A program made the translations under genes and the position numbers. Under the pieces are notes generated by a model that worked only from the letters and a program-made list of their open reading frames with translations, did not search any database and had not been told where the DNA came from. This document shows, one piece after another, positions 11,271 through 21,622 of a stretch of 64,000 nucleotides of DNA (positions within the stretch are counted from its first letter, which is position 1; each line of letters opens with the position of its first letter). This DNA comes from Ophelia neglecta (lineage: Eukaryota). The stretch covers positions 22,320,001 to 22,384,000 of the forward strand of contig OZ260666.1 in the NCBI GenBank assembly GCA_965285935.1, in the 5' to 3' direction.

Positions 11271-13255
11271 GTTGTCTCAGCAATGAAGTCACAAATTTGG
11301 CAGCTCGGTTCGACACAATCCATAGCATTACGAGAGAGGTAGTCAGCAGGCAAATTGGCTGTGCCTGAGAGATTCTGCAAGGTAACATTGTATCTACTGA
11401 GGACTGACAAGAAATGAGACACCCTGGCACTAGACGAGAATTGTCCTCTCATCAGCTTTGAGTAAGCCTGCACGCAAGGCTTTGAGTCTGTAAGAATTTG
11501 AGTCTGGTTTTCTGACTCAATAATGTATGAGGACCAATGGTTGGTGGCGGATCCTATAGCCAATGCTTCCACTTCGCAGGGCAACCAGCGTGTTTGGTGT
11601 TGTTTCAACTTTGCAGAAAAGAAGCCACCCAACTTCATCTTGCCATCTCGAAGGATATATAGCACAGAACCTATACCTCCATTTCGTACAGCACCATCAT
11701 GAGTGATGATTAGCTGATCACTGGGGCGTGGGATGATAATGGTTTTGGCGCCACGAAGAGCCTTCTGGGCAGTCATAAAGGCATCTCGAAGGACTGGGTC
11801 CCAGAAAATATGATCCCTGGTATCCTTTCCTGCAACAGCTGTTTCCAGTGGAGCGAGGAGGGAAGATTGTTGAGAGATGCACTCCCCGATATGCTTGCAG
11901 GCTCCGAGCCATGATCTGAGACCTTTAACAGTCTTTGGTGGGTCTGCTGTGGCCAGCGGGTTAATTTTGTGAGGTGATACGGAGATAGAGCCTGAAGTCC
12001 AAATCCAACCAAGAACTGTGGTTGTAATTGGACATATTACAGTTTTGGTGTTGGACAAACGGAGATTGTTGCGCTGAAAGCAGAGCAAAACATGCTCCCA
12101 TGTCCTCAATAATTTTGCTACACTGTCTCCACCCACATATAGATCGTCTGCAATTTTCATTACAACACCTTCATGCAACAGCTCACCCAGAACTCTGTAC
12201 ATAAGTTCATCTAAATGCTCAGTTGAGCCAGGCATCCCCATGGCGGCTCTGGTATAGACCCGTATGCCGTTAAATGGTGTAATGATACCAAGATATTTCA
12301 TTGAATGTTTGTCCACGGGTAACTGAAAAAACTGACTGGTCATGTCTGATTTGATGATATAAGGCCACCTTGCCAGAAAGCTCAACACAGAATTGGTAGT
12401 GGTTACTCGGGAGGGGGGTGATTTTGCATAGCAGCCAAGGTTGACAAAAGAGGTGACCAAGCGATGTCCACCGGCCGGCTTGCGAACAAGGAAGCTAGGT
12501 GAAACATACTCTACGGAGATACCCTGCTCCTCGGGCTTTGCCAAGACACCAAGTGATTCTAAGTCATCCATCTTGGTTTGAAGTTCATCAAGATCACTAC
12601 GTTTGTAGGCAGGGAGATGGCCCTTCTGCTTAGGAGGTTCTACTGGGCCCATTGTAAGACGAGCTCTTAACCTCCCAGAGGCATCATTGTATTTGCCAAC
12701 CCGAGGATTGAAAACGTCATCGTACTCTAAATGGAGGGATAGAAATGCAGACCTCTCCGAAGCAGATAACTGGGAATTGGGATCTATAATTACTGAAGAG
12801 GAAAATGGTCTCTGATTTTCCACATGAGAAGGTGGCAAAGCGAGGGGTGGACTAGGCACTCCACCTGACATGTTAGGTGTGGAGACATAATGTATCTGGG
12901 CCACATGCTGGTTTCTTTTGAGGGATACTGGGATTTCTGTGAGATTGGGGATTCTAATATTTCCTTCTATTGCCCTGGTCATTGAAGGTTCGGGCCAATG
13001 GTTGAATGGGGAATCACCCCGTGGCTCGATACAAATGTCTTTGTCGCTGATCAGGTCCTCGGGAGCCTGTAGCTCTACGAAATCCCCAGGAAGTAAAACT
13101 GACTTCTGGTTGGACCTGATGAGGTACGACTGTGACCGGCGGACTAAAACATTGTCTACAGATTCTATGTGCCTGTTGTAAGGGATTTTTATTTTCCCTT
13201 TTATGATGAGACATTCTTTCGGAAAGTCAATGACGATGTGGTTATCTTTCAAGAA
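11260..13255 (-). pseudogene. pol: Pol: reverse transcriptase and RNase H (ORF 11156-13273)
   Basis: SPSFLVRK, KSDMTSQFFQ, MGMPGS, KIADDLYVGG; RNase H motifs THDGA, EVEALA, LTDSKP, NLPADYLSR. Confidence 0.9.
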
Positions 13256-13580
13256 CTCCGGCGAGAATGTCACAGTCCAGATTCTTGACGACCAGAGCCT
13301 CTAATTTGAAGGTTGTCGGACCGCGTGCAAGGGATATATGAACTTCTCCACAAGGTTCCAGCTTGGTAATACCGTCTGCCTGACTGGCCTTATGAAGAGT
13401 GCTTTTGACAGGTAAGTTAGCTCTAGCAGCAAAAGCCTGGCTTATCAAGGAGGAAGTGGCTCCAGAGTCACATGTAACAGTAACAGCATGGTGATTATAA
13501 AACAAGCTGAAGGAAGGAGAAGTACTGCTTTGTACACGTTTCACATGAGTCATTTCAGTGGATCGAGGCTTCGCCTGGCG
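13242..13580 (-). pseudogene. pol: Pol: aspartic protease domain (in frame with gag after TGA; frameshifted to RT at ~13255)
   Basis: VTCDSGATSSLI active-site motif; CDILAG flap motif. Confidence 0.85.
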
Positions 13581-14561
13581 TCATTCTTCATCCTCCACGT
13601 CCAGGTGTAGGTCATGTAAATCCTCGGAAATCTGAGGTTCAGGGTCAGGAACGGAAGATTCTTCTACTCGACAGGAACGAGCAAATAGTAGCTTATCAGC
13701 ACGAGAAAGAAAGAAACAAGTGGCTAATGTATGGCCACTATAACGTCGACCCTCTGCTTTGCATAGTCTGCACTCGTCTACTAGCCCCTGGGATTGTCTA
13801 GGGCGACGTTCCTTTGGTCGAAGCAGTTTCTTTTGGCTGTATTTGTGTTGAGTTGTGAATGAACGGGCAGCCTTCACCTCTTCACCTCGCAGTTCCTCCA
13901 GGAAACCATCCAGGGCGTCAACAATCTGGGGCTGCATATCTTTCAGTGTCATGCGTTGTAAATCATAGGCAAATGTGCGCTGGACTAGAGCCGGGAGGCC
14001 TGGATGTATAAGCTCCATCCACCGTAAGACAGCAAGCCTCTCAATTGTAGGGCTTATATCCTCATCGACAGCCACGTCTGTATTGTCGTGTTTGCGTTTA
14101 CAGCCACTTTTTAACAGGTTATCCTGAAGGTGGGCCAGGATGCGCTGATATAACCTTTCAGGGCGCTCGCCCTCCTCCCATACAATGGCTGTATATTTCA
14201 TAAATTGAGCTTCAGACTGCTGAAAACCATAGTATTTTCGAATGAACTGCCAAATCGACTCCATACTGGTGGAATTTCTGGTTATATCACCGGCCAGGTA
14301 GTGAGGTACCCATTGAGAAACCAGACCCAACATTTGGTTAAGATTTGCGGCCTTTTGGGCTGCAGTTAGACCGTCAGCGTCGGCTGTCAGGCCACGATTT
14401 GGATTGGCCGCTGTTTGCTTCTGCCAGGTGTGAGCGGCTTCAAGAAAAGGTTTAAAATTGTCATCTTGATTCAGCGTATACATTAAGTTATTCTTCCAAC
14501 TGGTAAAGGAAGAGAATGTCTCTTCTTCGGTAAGTTTCCAGGGCTTGAGAGCTTTGGCCAT
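13581..14561 (-). CDS. gag: Gag of the Troyka-type element
   Basis: 326-aa ORF just inside the PBS, with a C-terminal Cx2Cx9Hx4C knuckle (CRLC...H....C). Confidence 0.85.
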   Translation of the reverse strand: MAKALKPWKLTEEETFSSFTSWKNNLMYTLNQDDNFKPFLEAAHTWQKQTAANPNRGLTADADGLTAAQKAANLNQMLGLVSQWVPHYLAGDITRNSTSMESIWQFIRKYYGFQQSEAQFMKYTAIVWEEGERPERLYQRILAHLQDNLLKSGCKRKHDNTDVAVDEDISPTIERLAVLRWMELIHPGLPALVQRTFAYDLQRMTLKDMQPQIVDALDGFLEELRGEEVKAARSFTTQHKYSQKKLLRPKERRPRQSQGLVDECRLCKAEGRRYSGHTLATCFFLSRADKLLFARSCRVEESSVPDPEPQISEDLHDLHLDVEDEE

Positions 14562-14736
14562 GACTGATATTGACTGGTATTATCGCTCAGTTGAGGGTCG
14601 TGTAAACGAACGCTATACGGTACAGTATAGCGGTATGAATGTCTGCTTTAACTGTGCGTTTTCGCCGTTACGGGACTTACAAAGATGCCTACAGATTTGA
14701 GAGGAGAGAATCCGGGTTCTTTTAGAGTTCCTTATT

Positions 14737-14747
14737 CGCTGCCACCA
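14737..14747 (-). other. Primer-binding site TGGTGGCAGCG (complementary to the 3' end of tRNA-Leu)
   Basis: Abuts the 5' LTR; complement of ...CGCUGCCACCA, the end of animal tRNA-Leu(AAG/TAG) plus CCA. Confidence 0.75.
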
Positions 14748-14935
14748 CGCCAGATATTAGAGACAAACTCTGAAGTCCTAAGACGAAACGTTTATTACAG
14801 TCGAACGAACAGAACAGCCTACACTACAGCATACACTACCGCCCACCGCACAGGAGGCCAACACAAACTCAGCGGTGTCACCTAGCAAAAGACCTAACAT
14901 TAAACGAGATCTAAATATAGAACAATATAGTGGCG
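14748..14935 (-). repeat. 5' LTR
   Basis: Direct repeat of 8982-9169; directly followed on the minus strand by the PBS. Confidence 0.93.
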
Positions 14936-16275
14936 CTTGTTATTCTCAACAGCATTCGTCTCACATAATAAACTACATTAAGTGAGTTTGACACCCACTT
15001 CCTCATTTTATTAATGTTGCCGTATACAAAATTCACGGATCATAAGTCAATGAAAAAAGTAATTAAACTACTGGCGGAATGCAACTGTCTACGAACTTGA
15101 TATCAATGAAATCCTTTATATGCTGTTTGTTCTTATTGTGAATTGTGTATTATGAAACCTTACTTTATACACGCTGGCAAATAATAAAACATAATATATT
15201 CCTTTTTTTGGTTCAGAATTAAGAGGCTACATGATATATGGATGGTATATGTGTTGAAATATAACTATATATATATATGTACATAAAAAAGGGCAACATG
15301 TTAGACAAATCTATATAATATTCATAATTATATTATAGTACAATGTACAGTTACCCTAACATCCTTCATGCTAGATAATAAAATAAAATATATACATGTA
15401 TGTTATTTGAGTTTTTACAGCGACAAATCAATACGGACATGAACATATTAAAGTCACATGATCCAATTACCGCGCTAATTCTCAATTGAGGATCAATTCC
15501 AGCTATTGACACGTAACACTTTCTTCTGTGTCGCCACCGCTTATCAGGATGGAAAAGTCTGGTAATTTCGCGCATCGTTAAATTCCACGCAGTAAGTAGC
15601 CCCACAATCAGCACGGAATAACACTAGTCACTGGGTGGAAATGAACGATGCGAAAAACGGCTAGCCTTTAAACTATGCACGGAATAAACCTACCTTAAAA
15701 CTTGGCATAATTACCCGACTTCGACTTATCGTAAAAATGTCAAAATAAGCACTCACACAACTTTAAGGAAATGCATCAGTCAATTATGAGTAAAATTTAA
15801 AGCGCGTTTTATATGTTATAACTTCGTCTATGACATATTTTCTATCTTTGATTACTTTTATTTAAGGACATCAAGTATAAAGTATATATTACGATATTAC
15901 GGACCTTGTAGTCTATTTCATTGATAATGTTAAGAAATAAGAAGAAATAACAGCATTGAAACACTAAGTACAAATTTATTCTTATGCCAACGACTTAAAA
16001 AAATTTCTCCCCCACCCGTCCCCCAATCTCATCCCAACAACGATTATTTATCAATCGACATCTCAGCATTATTCTTAACTTGTGGTTCGGGCTGAGTATG
16101 ATAACTCTAAAGCAAAGCAACCTGCATCCGATACAGTCTTATTTTGTACAACATCAATTCCGCCTGTCTCAAAGTATAATAATTTAATGCTACGTTTTCT
16201 GTTTGTACGCCGTTAAGATATGTCATGTTAGGTAAACAAATGTTAAAACATTGTGTAAAGTGGACCGCCGTCTCG

Positions 16276-19200
16276 TCAACCGTTTTTCTCATCAGAGCCT
16301 TGCTCCGTGAGGTATTCTACGATTTTTATACGTTTATTTTGCGACGCCACGTCCAGTGGAGTACGGCCTTGTTTATCTCTGATCTTCAGGTCTGCGCCTT
16401 TGCCAAATAGATATTTCACGACCTCTAGATGCCCCTCCTGAGCCGCACTGTGTAAAGCTGGGAAGCCATCACTCCCTGGTAGGTTGATGTCAGAGCCCTG
16501 CTTGATGAGGTATTCTACTACATTGATGTGTCCATTGTAAGAAGCAGTACCAAGTGGTGTTCGACCATGTTTATCTCTGATCTTCAGGTCGGCGCCTTCA
16601 CCAAGTAGATATTTCACGACCTCTAGATGACCTCTCAGAGCTGCACTGTGTAAAGCTGGTACGCCATCACTCCCTGGTAGGTTGATGTCAGAGCCCTGCT
16701 TGATGAGGTATTCTACTACATTGATGTGTCCATTGTAAGAAGCATTACCAAGTGGTGTATTGCCGTCAATACCTATGATCTTCAGGTCCGCGCCTTCACC
16801 AAGTAGATATTTCACGACCTCTAGATGACCTCCCAGAGCTGCACTGTGTAAAGCTGGATTGCCATCACTCCCTGGTCGGTTAATGTCCGAGCCCTGCTTG
16901 ATGAGGTATCCTACCACCTTGATGTGTCCACTGAAAGAAGCACTACCAAGTGGTGTTCGACCGAGTTTATTTATGATCTTCAGGTCCGCGCCTTTACCAA
17001 GTAGATATTTCATGACCTCTAGATGCCCCTCCTGAGCTGCACTGTGTAAAGCTGGATTGCCATCACTCCCTGGTCGGTTGATGTCCGAGCCCTGCTTGAT
17101 GAGGTATTCTACTACCTTCATGTGTCCATTGTAAGAAGCATTACCAAGTGGTGTATAGCCGTCAATATCTATGATCTTCAGGTCCGCGCCTTCACCAAGT
17201 AGATATTTCACGACCTCTAGATGCCCCTTCTGAGCCGCACTGTGTAACGCTGGATTGCCATCACTCCCTGGACGGTTGATGTCCGAGCCCTGCTTGATGA
17301 GGTATTCTACCACCTTGATGTGTCCATTGTAAGAAGCATTACCAAGTGGTGTATAGCCGTCAATATCTATGATCTTCAGGTCCGCGCCTTCACCAAGTAG
17401 ATATTTCACGACCTCTAGATGCCCCTTCTGAGCCGCACTGTGTAACGCTGGATTGCCATCACTCCCTGGACGGTTGATGTCCGAGCCCTGCTTGATGAGG
17501 TATTCTACCACCTTGATGTGTCCATTGTTAGAAGCATTACCAAGTGGTGTATAGCCGTCAATATCTATGATCTTCAGGTCCGCGCCTTCACCAAGTAGAT
17601 ATTTCACGACCTCTAGATGACCTCCCAGAGCTGCACTGTGTAAAGCTGGATTGCCATCACTCCCTGGTCGGTTGATGTCCGAGCCCTGCTTGATGAGGTA
17701 TCCTACCACCTTGATGTGTCCACTGAAAGAAGCACTACCAAGTGGTGTTCGACCGAGTTTATTTATGATCTTCAGGTCCGCGCCTTTACCAAGTAGATAT
17801 TTCATGACCTCTAGATGCCCCTCCTGAGCTGCACTGTGTAAAGCTGGATTGCCATCACTCCCTGGTCGGTTGATGTCCGAGCCCTGCTTGATGAGGTATT
17901 CTACTACCTTCATGTGTCCATTGTAAGAAGCATTACCAAGTGGTGTATAGCCGTCAATATCTATGATCTTCAGGTCCGCGCCTTCACCAAGTAGATATTT
18001 CACGACCTCTAGATGCCCCTCCTGAGCTGCACTGTGTAACGCTGGATTGCCATCACTCCCTGGTCGGTTGATGTCCGAGCCCTGATTGATGAGGTATTCT
18101 ACCACCTTCATGTGTCCATTGTTAGAAGCATTACCAAGTGGTGTATAGCCGTCAATATCTATGATCTTCAGGTCGGCGCCTTCTCCAAGTAGGTATTTCA
18201 CGACCTCTAGATGACCTCTCAGAGCTGCACCGTGTAAAGCAGGATCGCCATCACTCCCTGGTCGGTTGATGTCCGAGCCCTGCTTGATGAGGTATCCTAC
18301 CACCTTGATGTGTCCACTGAAAGAAGCATTACCAAGTGGTGTTCGACCGAGTTTATTTATGATCTTCAGGTCCGCGCCTTTACCAAGTAGATATTTCATG
18401 ACCTCTAGATGCCCCTCCTGAGCTGCACTGTGTAAAGCTGGGTAGCCATCACTCCCAGGTCGGTTGATGTCCGAGCCCTGCTTGATGAGGTATTCTACTA
18501 CCTTCATGTGTCCATTGTAAGAAGCATTACCAAGTGGTGTATAGCCGTCAATATCTATGATCTTCAGGTCCGCGCCTTCACCAAGTAGATATTTCACGAC
18601 CTCTAGATGCCCCTTCTGAGCCGCACTGTGTAACGCTGGATTGCCATCACTCCCTGGACGGTTGATGTCCGAGCCCTGCTTGATGAGGTATTCTACTACC
18701 TTCATGTGTCCATTGTTAGAAGCATTACCAAGTGGTGTATAGCCGTCAATATCAATGATCTTCAGGTCCGCGCCTTCACCAAGTAGATATTTAACGACCT
18801 CTAGATGCCCATTGTATGCCGCACTCTGTAAAGCTGGATTGCCATCACTCCCTGGTCGGTTAATGTCCGAGCCCTGCTTGATGAGGTATTCTACCACCTT
18901 GATGTGTCCATTGTAAGAAGCAGTACCAAGTGGTGTATAACCATGTTTATCTATGATCTTCAGGTCGGCGCCTTTACCAAGTAGATATTTCACGACCTCT
19001 AGATGACCTCTCAGAGCTGCACTGTGTAAAGCTGGTACGCCATCACTCCCTGGTCGGTTGATGTCAGAGCCCTGCTCGATGAGGTATTCTACTACCTTGA
19101 TGTGACTATTGTAAGAAGCACTACCAAGTGGTGTTCGACCGAGTTTATTTATGATCTTCAGGTCCGCGCCTTTACCAAGTAGATATTTCACGACCTCTAG

Positions 19201-19668
19201 ATGCCCCTCCTGAGCTGCACTGTGTAAAGCTGGATAGCCATCTCTCCCTGGTCGGTTGATGTCAGAGCCCTGCTTGATGAGGTATTCTACCACCTTGATA
19301 TGTCCATTGTAAGAAGCAGTACCAAGTGGTGTATGCCCGTCAATATCTATGATATTCAGGTCGGCGCCTTTGCCAAGTAGATATGTCACGACCGGTAGAT
19401 GACCTCTCAGAGCTGCACTGTGTAAAGCTGGTACGCCATCACTCCCTGGTCGGTTGATGTCCGAGCCCTGCTCGATGAGGTATTCTACCACCTTGATATG
19501 TCCATTGGAAGAAGCACTACCTAATGGTGTATGGCCATCATTTACCAAAATATTTAAATCTGTTCCTTTTCCTAGTAGATTTTTCACGACCTCTAGATTT
19601 CCTTCCTGAGCTGCACTGTGTAAAGTATGTGGCTTGTGGTCGTCGTGGTGTTCCGCCATTACGTCTTC
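16276..19668 (-). CDS. Ankyrin-repeat protein, terminal exon with 34 ANK repeats (17 x 66-aa double units)
   Basis: Acceptor ttttctccccag|GAA at 19669/19668 (phase 0). Alternating ALHSAAxxGHLEVVKYLL and PLGxASxxGHIKVVEYLI repeats; TGA at 16276; AATAAA on the minus strand at ~15975. Confidence 0.93.
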   Translation of the reverse strand, partial: EDVMAEHHDDHKPHTLHSAAQEGNLEVVKNLLGKGTDLNILVNDGHTPLGSASSNGHIKVVEYLIEQGSDINRPGSDGVPALHSAALRGHLPVVTYLLGKGADLNIIDIDGHTPLGTASYNGHIKVVEYLIKQGSDINRPGRDGYPALHSAAQEGHLEVVKYLLGKGADLKIINKLGRTPLGSASYNSHIKVVEYLIEQGSDINRPGSDGVPALHSAALRGHLEVVKYLLGKGADLKIIDKHGYTPLGTASYNGHIKVVEYLIKQGSDINRPGSDGNPALQSAAYNGHLEVVKYLLGEGADLKIIDIDGYTPLGNASNNGHMKVVEYLIKQGSDINRPGSDGNPALHSAAQKGHLEVVKYLLGEGADLKIIDIDGYTPLGNASYNGHMKVVEYLIKQGSDINRPGSDGYPALHSAAQEGHLEVMKYLLGKGADLKIINKLGRTPLGNASFSGHIKVVGYLIKQGSDINRPGSDGDPALHGAALRGHLEVVKYLLGEGADLKIIDIDGYTPLGNASNNGHMKVVEYLINQGSDINRPGSDGNPALHSAAQEGHLEVVKYLLGEGADLKIIDIDGYTPLGNASYNGHMKVVEYLIKQGSDINRPGSDGNPALHSAAQEGHLEVMKYLLGKGADLKIINKLGRTPLGSASFSGHIKVVGYLIKQGSDINRPGSDGNPALHSAALGGHLEVVKYLLGEGADLKIIDIDGYTPLGNASNNGHIKVVEYLIKQGSDINRPGSDGNPALHSAAQKGHLEVVKYLLGEGADLKIIDIDGYTPLGNASYNGHIKVVEYLIKQGSDINRPGSDGNPALHSAAQKGHLEVVKYLLGEGADLKIIDIDGYTPLGNASYNGHMKVVEYLIKQGSDINRPGSDGNPALHSAAQEGHLEVMKYLLGKGADLKIINKLGRTPLGSASFSGHIKVVGYLIKQGSDINRPGSDGNPALHSAALGGHLEVVKYLLGEGADLKIIGIDGNTPLGNASYNGHINVVEYLIKQGSDINLPGSDGVPALHSAALRGHLEVVKYLLGEGADLKIRDKHGRTPLGTASYNGHINVVEYLIKQGSDINLPGSDGFPALHSAAQEGHLEVVKYLFGKGADLKIRDKQGRTPLDVASQNKRIKIVEYLTEQGSDEKNG
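16290..19640 (-). repeat. 198-bp coding tandem array with a ~594-bp higher-order block
   Basis: Near-identical 198-bp units. A diagnostic triplet (NNG / YNGHMK / VMK-INKLGRT-FSG) recurs three times. Confidence 0.92.
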
Positions 19669-19749
19669 CTGGGGAGAAAACAATAAACCTGAGTTGTATA
19701 CATTACAATAAAGTAGAACCACAAACCATAAACAGAAAACAACGTTTAC

Positions 19750-19845
19750 AGACATCTTCATTAAGTGTTCTCTGTCTAAGAGAAGCCATCTCATATTGGA
19801 CAATACGTCGTCCTGGAAACAAGCAGTAGAACCACAATAAGTCAT
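19750..19845 (-). CDS. Ankyrin gene internal exon (alternative acceptors at 19845 or 19812)
   Basis: Acceptors cttgcag|ATG or gtttccag|GAC, both phase 0. Donor TCT|GTAAAC is weak. The 81-bp intron that follows has no stop codon. Confidence 0.55.
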
Positions 19846-20799
19846 CTGCAAGTGAAAGATACATAGGGATAATGGGTGACATATTGCCATCATGTTTATT
19901 AACTTGTCTTATAAAGGACATGTGTCGATATTTTGTTGGTATCGGCCTAACTTCGACCTGATGTGGTCCTGACTAGCGGGATCAACCGGTCTCACAAAAC
20001 CGGTCTCTTTCAGTGCCGAATCGAAATATCACGCATTTAGTTGACTTCTTTAGATAACACCACTGGTATTTTCTCACCGCTGTTCTAGTTAGCTGTGACT
20101 TCTCATGTCTTATTTTTGAGGGTTATTGAGGCAGGGACTGAGCTTTGACATACATTTACATGATACACTACGTGGTTTTTAAGTGAAGCTAGCCCCTATT
20201 ATCTACCTAGAAATATGCCTATATGTAATGGTCTCATTCGGCTATTACTACGGCTTAAATATCTCAAAGGAAAGGGCTTGACATTTTTATATTGGCCATA
20301 ATAAGCAAACCACTGTGTTGCCTGGTAATAATGTGCCATGTATATTTTTGTTTCTTTCACGGCAGCGTCATGCGTATCAATGTCAGGCTTCGATTTATAT
20401 TATATCCATATATATATGTCTAGTTTTAGTAGTACGTGACGATACCTCAGAAATTGACTTGAATTAAAGATAAGTTATCTTAATATTGATATAAATGTAA
20501 GGCACTTTAAATTTTGGCTATTGATTAAACGCGGACGTGCGGAAGCTCTGTGACGCGGACGTCAAGGGTATTTCAGAGTGAGAGGGAGCAAAAAAGCGCC
20601 AGCAAGGCTAGGGTTATAGCAGAGGGTTAATTTTTAAATGTACCAAAAAGCCTATCTTTTCACGTATTGTCTGTTTTCATTCCATTTGGCAAACAATTTG
20701 ACATTTGCCTCAATATTACACGCAAGCCAATCACATTTGTTATGTCTCAGACTAACTATAACGAGGACGTCATCATCCATGCTATTATAATTGATACAT

Positions 20800-21183
20800 A
20801 GAAAATCCCAACTAAATTGAAGGAACACTAGGCCACAACGCACCACATAGAAATGTACGTAACCGCATCACTAATTGATGTCTGTTAACATGATTTATAC
20901 ACTCTCCCTGGGCCAATGTAAAGTGATGTCGTCGTTCACAGTTAATGTTAAAACAATCTCAGCAAGGCAATCCACTCGACATAATAATGGTGAAAGCGTA
21001 CTTGTGCTGCCAAAGTTTATGGCTGGAGCCCAATGTTGTGAAAATGGAGTAACGTTGGTTTTGCTTGCCCGTCCGAGCCGGCTTCTGGCAGATTCGAACC
21101 CCCAGCCTCGGCCTATGAGCATGGTCACAACATCCCGCGAGATCCTACGGTGACCGATCTAATTCTTTCACCATTGACAGCCC
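20800..21183 (-). mobile_element. Candidate tRNA-derived SINE with an expanded head
   Basis: Perfect B box GGTTCGAATC (21091-21100, minus) and a weak A-box-like segment near 21170. 3' boundary uncertain. Confidence 0.4.
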
Positions 21184-21383
21184 TGACCGAAAGTAATATG
21201 TAGTTTTATTGATATAAATGCCTCCTTTCTATCGGCATATTAGAAAAACCCATCACTTATGTGGGAAATAAAATGGGATACGTTGCATGAACTATTGAGC
21301 CTGACCGGTCGTCTGAAGTCAATCGTTATCGTCATTACCAACGGGCGATTCCAAATGCATAATGACGTAATGGGAGGGGGGGG

Positions 21384-21622
21384 GGGCTCAATGCCCTCTT
21401 TATAGTGCTGCCTCACTTGGGTACCTACCGTAGACACAATACAGGGAACCCCACCCATTCACATTATACTGACACCGGGTTGACCAGTCCTGATACTACC
21501 CCGGCTGCCTGGCAGGGGAGCTATCAGTACCTATTTTGACGTCTTGGGTTTGAGGCGATCGAGATTTGAACCCCGATCTACCACTTGCGAGGCGGACGCC
21601 GTAACCACTCGGCCACGCTTGG
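21384..21622 (-). mobile_element. tRNA-derived Meta-domain SINE, 3'-truncated copy
   Basis: Reverse complement aligns with the 38736-39058 copy (gcgtggccgagtggtt, B box, gtgtcagtataatgtga, tgaggcagcact). Confidence 0.85.

Larger units (their letters stand above)
8982..14935 (-). mobile_element. Full-length Gypsy-like LTR retrotransposon, Troyka type
   Basis: 188-bp LTRs (8982-9169, 14748-14935; 2 mismatches) with CGCCA...TGGCG termini, 3-bp TSD ctt, a PBS, and gag-PR-RT-RH-IN domain order. Confidence 0.92.

Noticed and set aside
15690-15700. Minus-strand donor AAG|GTAGGT as a 5' UTR exon that would place the LTR element inside an intron of the Pro-rich gene
   Set aside because: An isolated splice-like motif is not sufficient evidence.
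19846-19893. N-terminal part of the 1205-aa ORF as the true start
   Set aside because: Lies upstream of a good acceptor (cttgcag) and looks intronic; spliced upstream exons give a more coherent start.
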